This document shows positions 23,815-24,142 of a stretch of 24,142 nucleotides of DNA, piece by piece; position 1 is the stretch's first letter; each line of letters begins with the position of its first letter. The notes beneath the pieces are model-generated. The model was not told the DNA's origin. It saw only the letters and a program-made list of their open reading frames with translations, and searched no databases. The DNA is from a virus (taxonomy: Duplodnaviria; Caudoviricetes): positions 1 to 24,142 of the IMG/VR virus record IMGVR_UViG_3300017644_000005. One strand, given 5' to 3'. Both the position numbers and the translations under genes were made by a program.

Positions 23815-24142
23815 AAGTTTCCGCCTCCACGGCTATTCACAAAAATCTGTGCGTTTACTGTCGCAACGATTCGCCCCAAGCTATTTGGGGCGATTTCTAT
23901 TGTATGCCATGCCCCCCGTGTAACCCTGCCTCCACCGTCCTTATCGAGATACGGGATGATGTCGATTTCGCTTTCGTCCGTCCCAAGCCCTGGGACTGTT
24001 TGCCCATCCACCTTGACCGTTACGCCTGTAGGAGTTGGCCCGCGAAATATCCCATATTCGATGTCGTGAGTGTGCGGCGGAATGACGATTTGGTGTGTAT
24101 GGTTCGGTATGTTGACGGTGTGAGTGTGTCCGACCGACCACA
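23811..24142 (-). CDS. 3' end of a phage tail (spike/fibre) protein, truncated by the window edge
   Basis: HxH repeats 'HTHTVNIPNHTHQIVIPPHTHDIEYGI', continuing in frame to '...QIFVNSRGGGNF*'. Confidence 0.8.
   Translation of the reverse strand, partial: WSVGHTHTVNIPNHTHQIVIPPHTHDIEYGIFRGPTPTGVTVKVDGQTVPGLGTDESEIDIIPYLDKDGGGRVTRGAWHTIEIAPNSLGRIVATVNAQIFVNSRGGGNF

Larger units (their letters stand above)
1..24142. mobile_element. Temperate tailed phage genome segment
   Basis: Continuous phage modules (integrase, replication, recombination, immunity, lysis, tail); no host housekeeping genes. Confidence 0.95.

Noticed and set aside
23811-24142. Diversity-generating retroelement target in the tail gene
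   Set aside because: No reverse transcriptase or template-repeat copy in the window.

Overview
About 24 kb of a temperate tailed phage of a Paenibacillaceae/Bacillales-like host. The host assignment is inferred from gene families and sigma-A-type signals. Most genes run on the - strand. From right to left: 3' end of a His-repeat tail protein, a + strand secreted copper-amine-oxidase-N-like moron, a lysis cassette (XhlA-like, r1t-type holin, M23 endolysin), small accessory/HTH genes, a divergent CI/Cro-like switch, and a long early operon (second XRE protein, orphan MazF/PemK, SbcC-like ATPase, RecT/Bet, MBL hydrolase, O-like initiator, DnaB helicase, DNA methyltransferase, RuvC, small cassettes, DUF5131, ArpU). 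A large serine integrase follows, with an apparently intact attP-like inverted repeat over its stop codon, suggesting the sequence is in the excised/virion configuration. The most unusual part is the leftmost ~950 bp, which is non-coding. A probable late promoter drives a ~520-nt highly structured region containing two anticodon-less tRNA mimics, one carrying two T-arms. Next to it is a free-standing iteron plus AT-rich 13-mer origin-like region about 11 kb from an initiator gene that lacks internal iterons. Other leads are a G_GGA_AAC -1 frameshift candidate into an HTH frame with no ATG, conserved intergenic repeats bounding small gene cassettes, an SSB-like acidic tail on an unknown protein, and a repressor paralogue in the lytic operon. 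All family calls come from motif recognition by eye; no database search was run.
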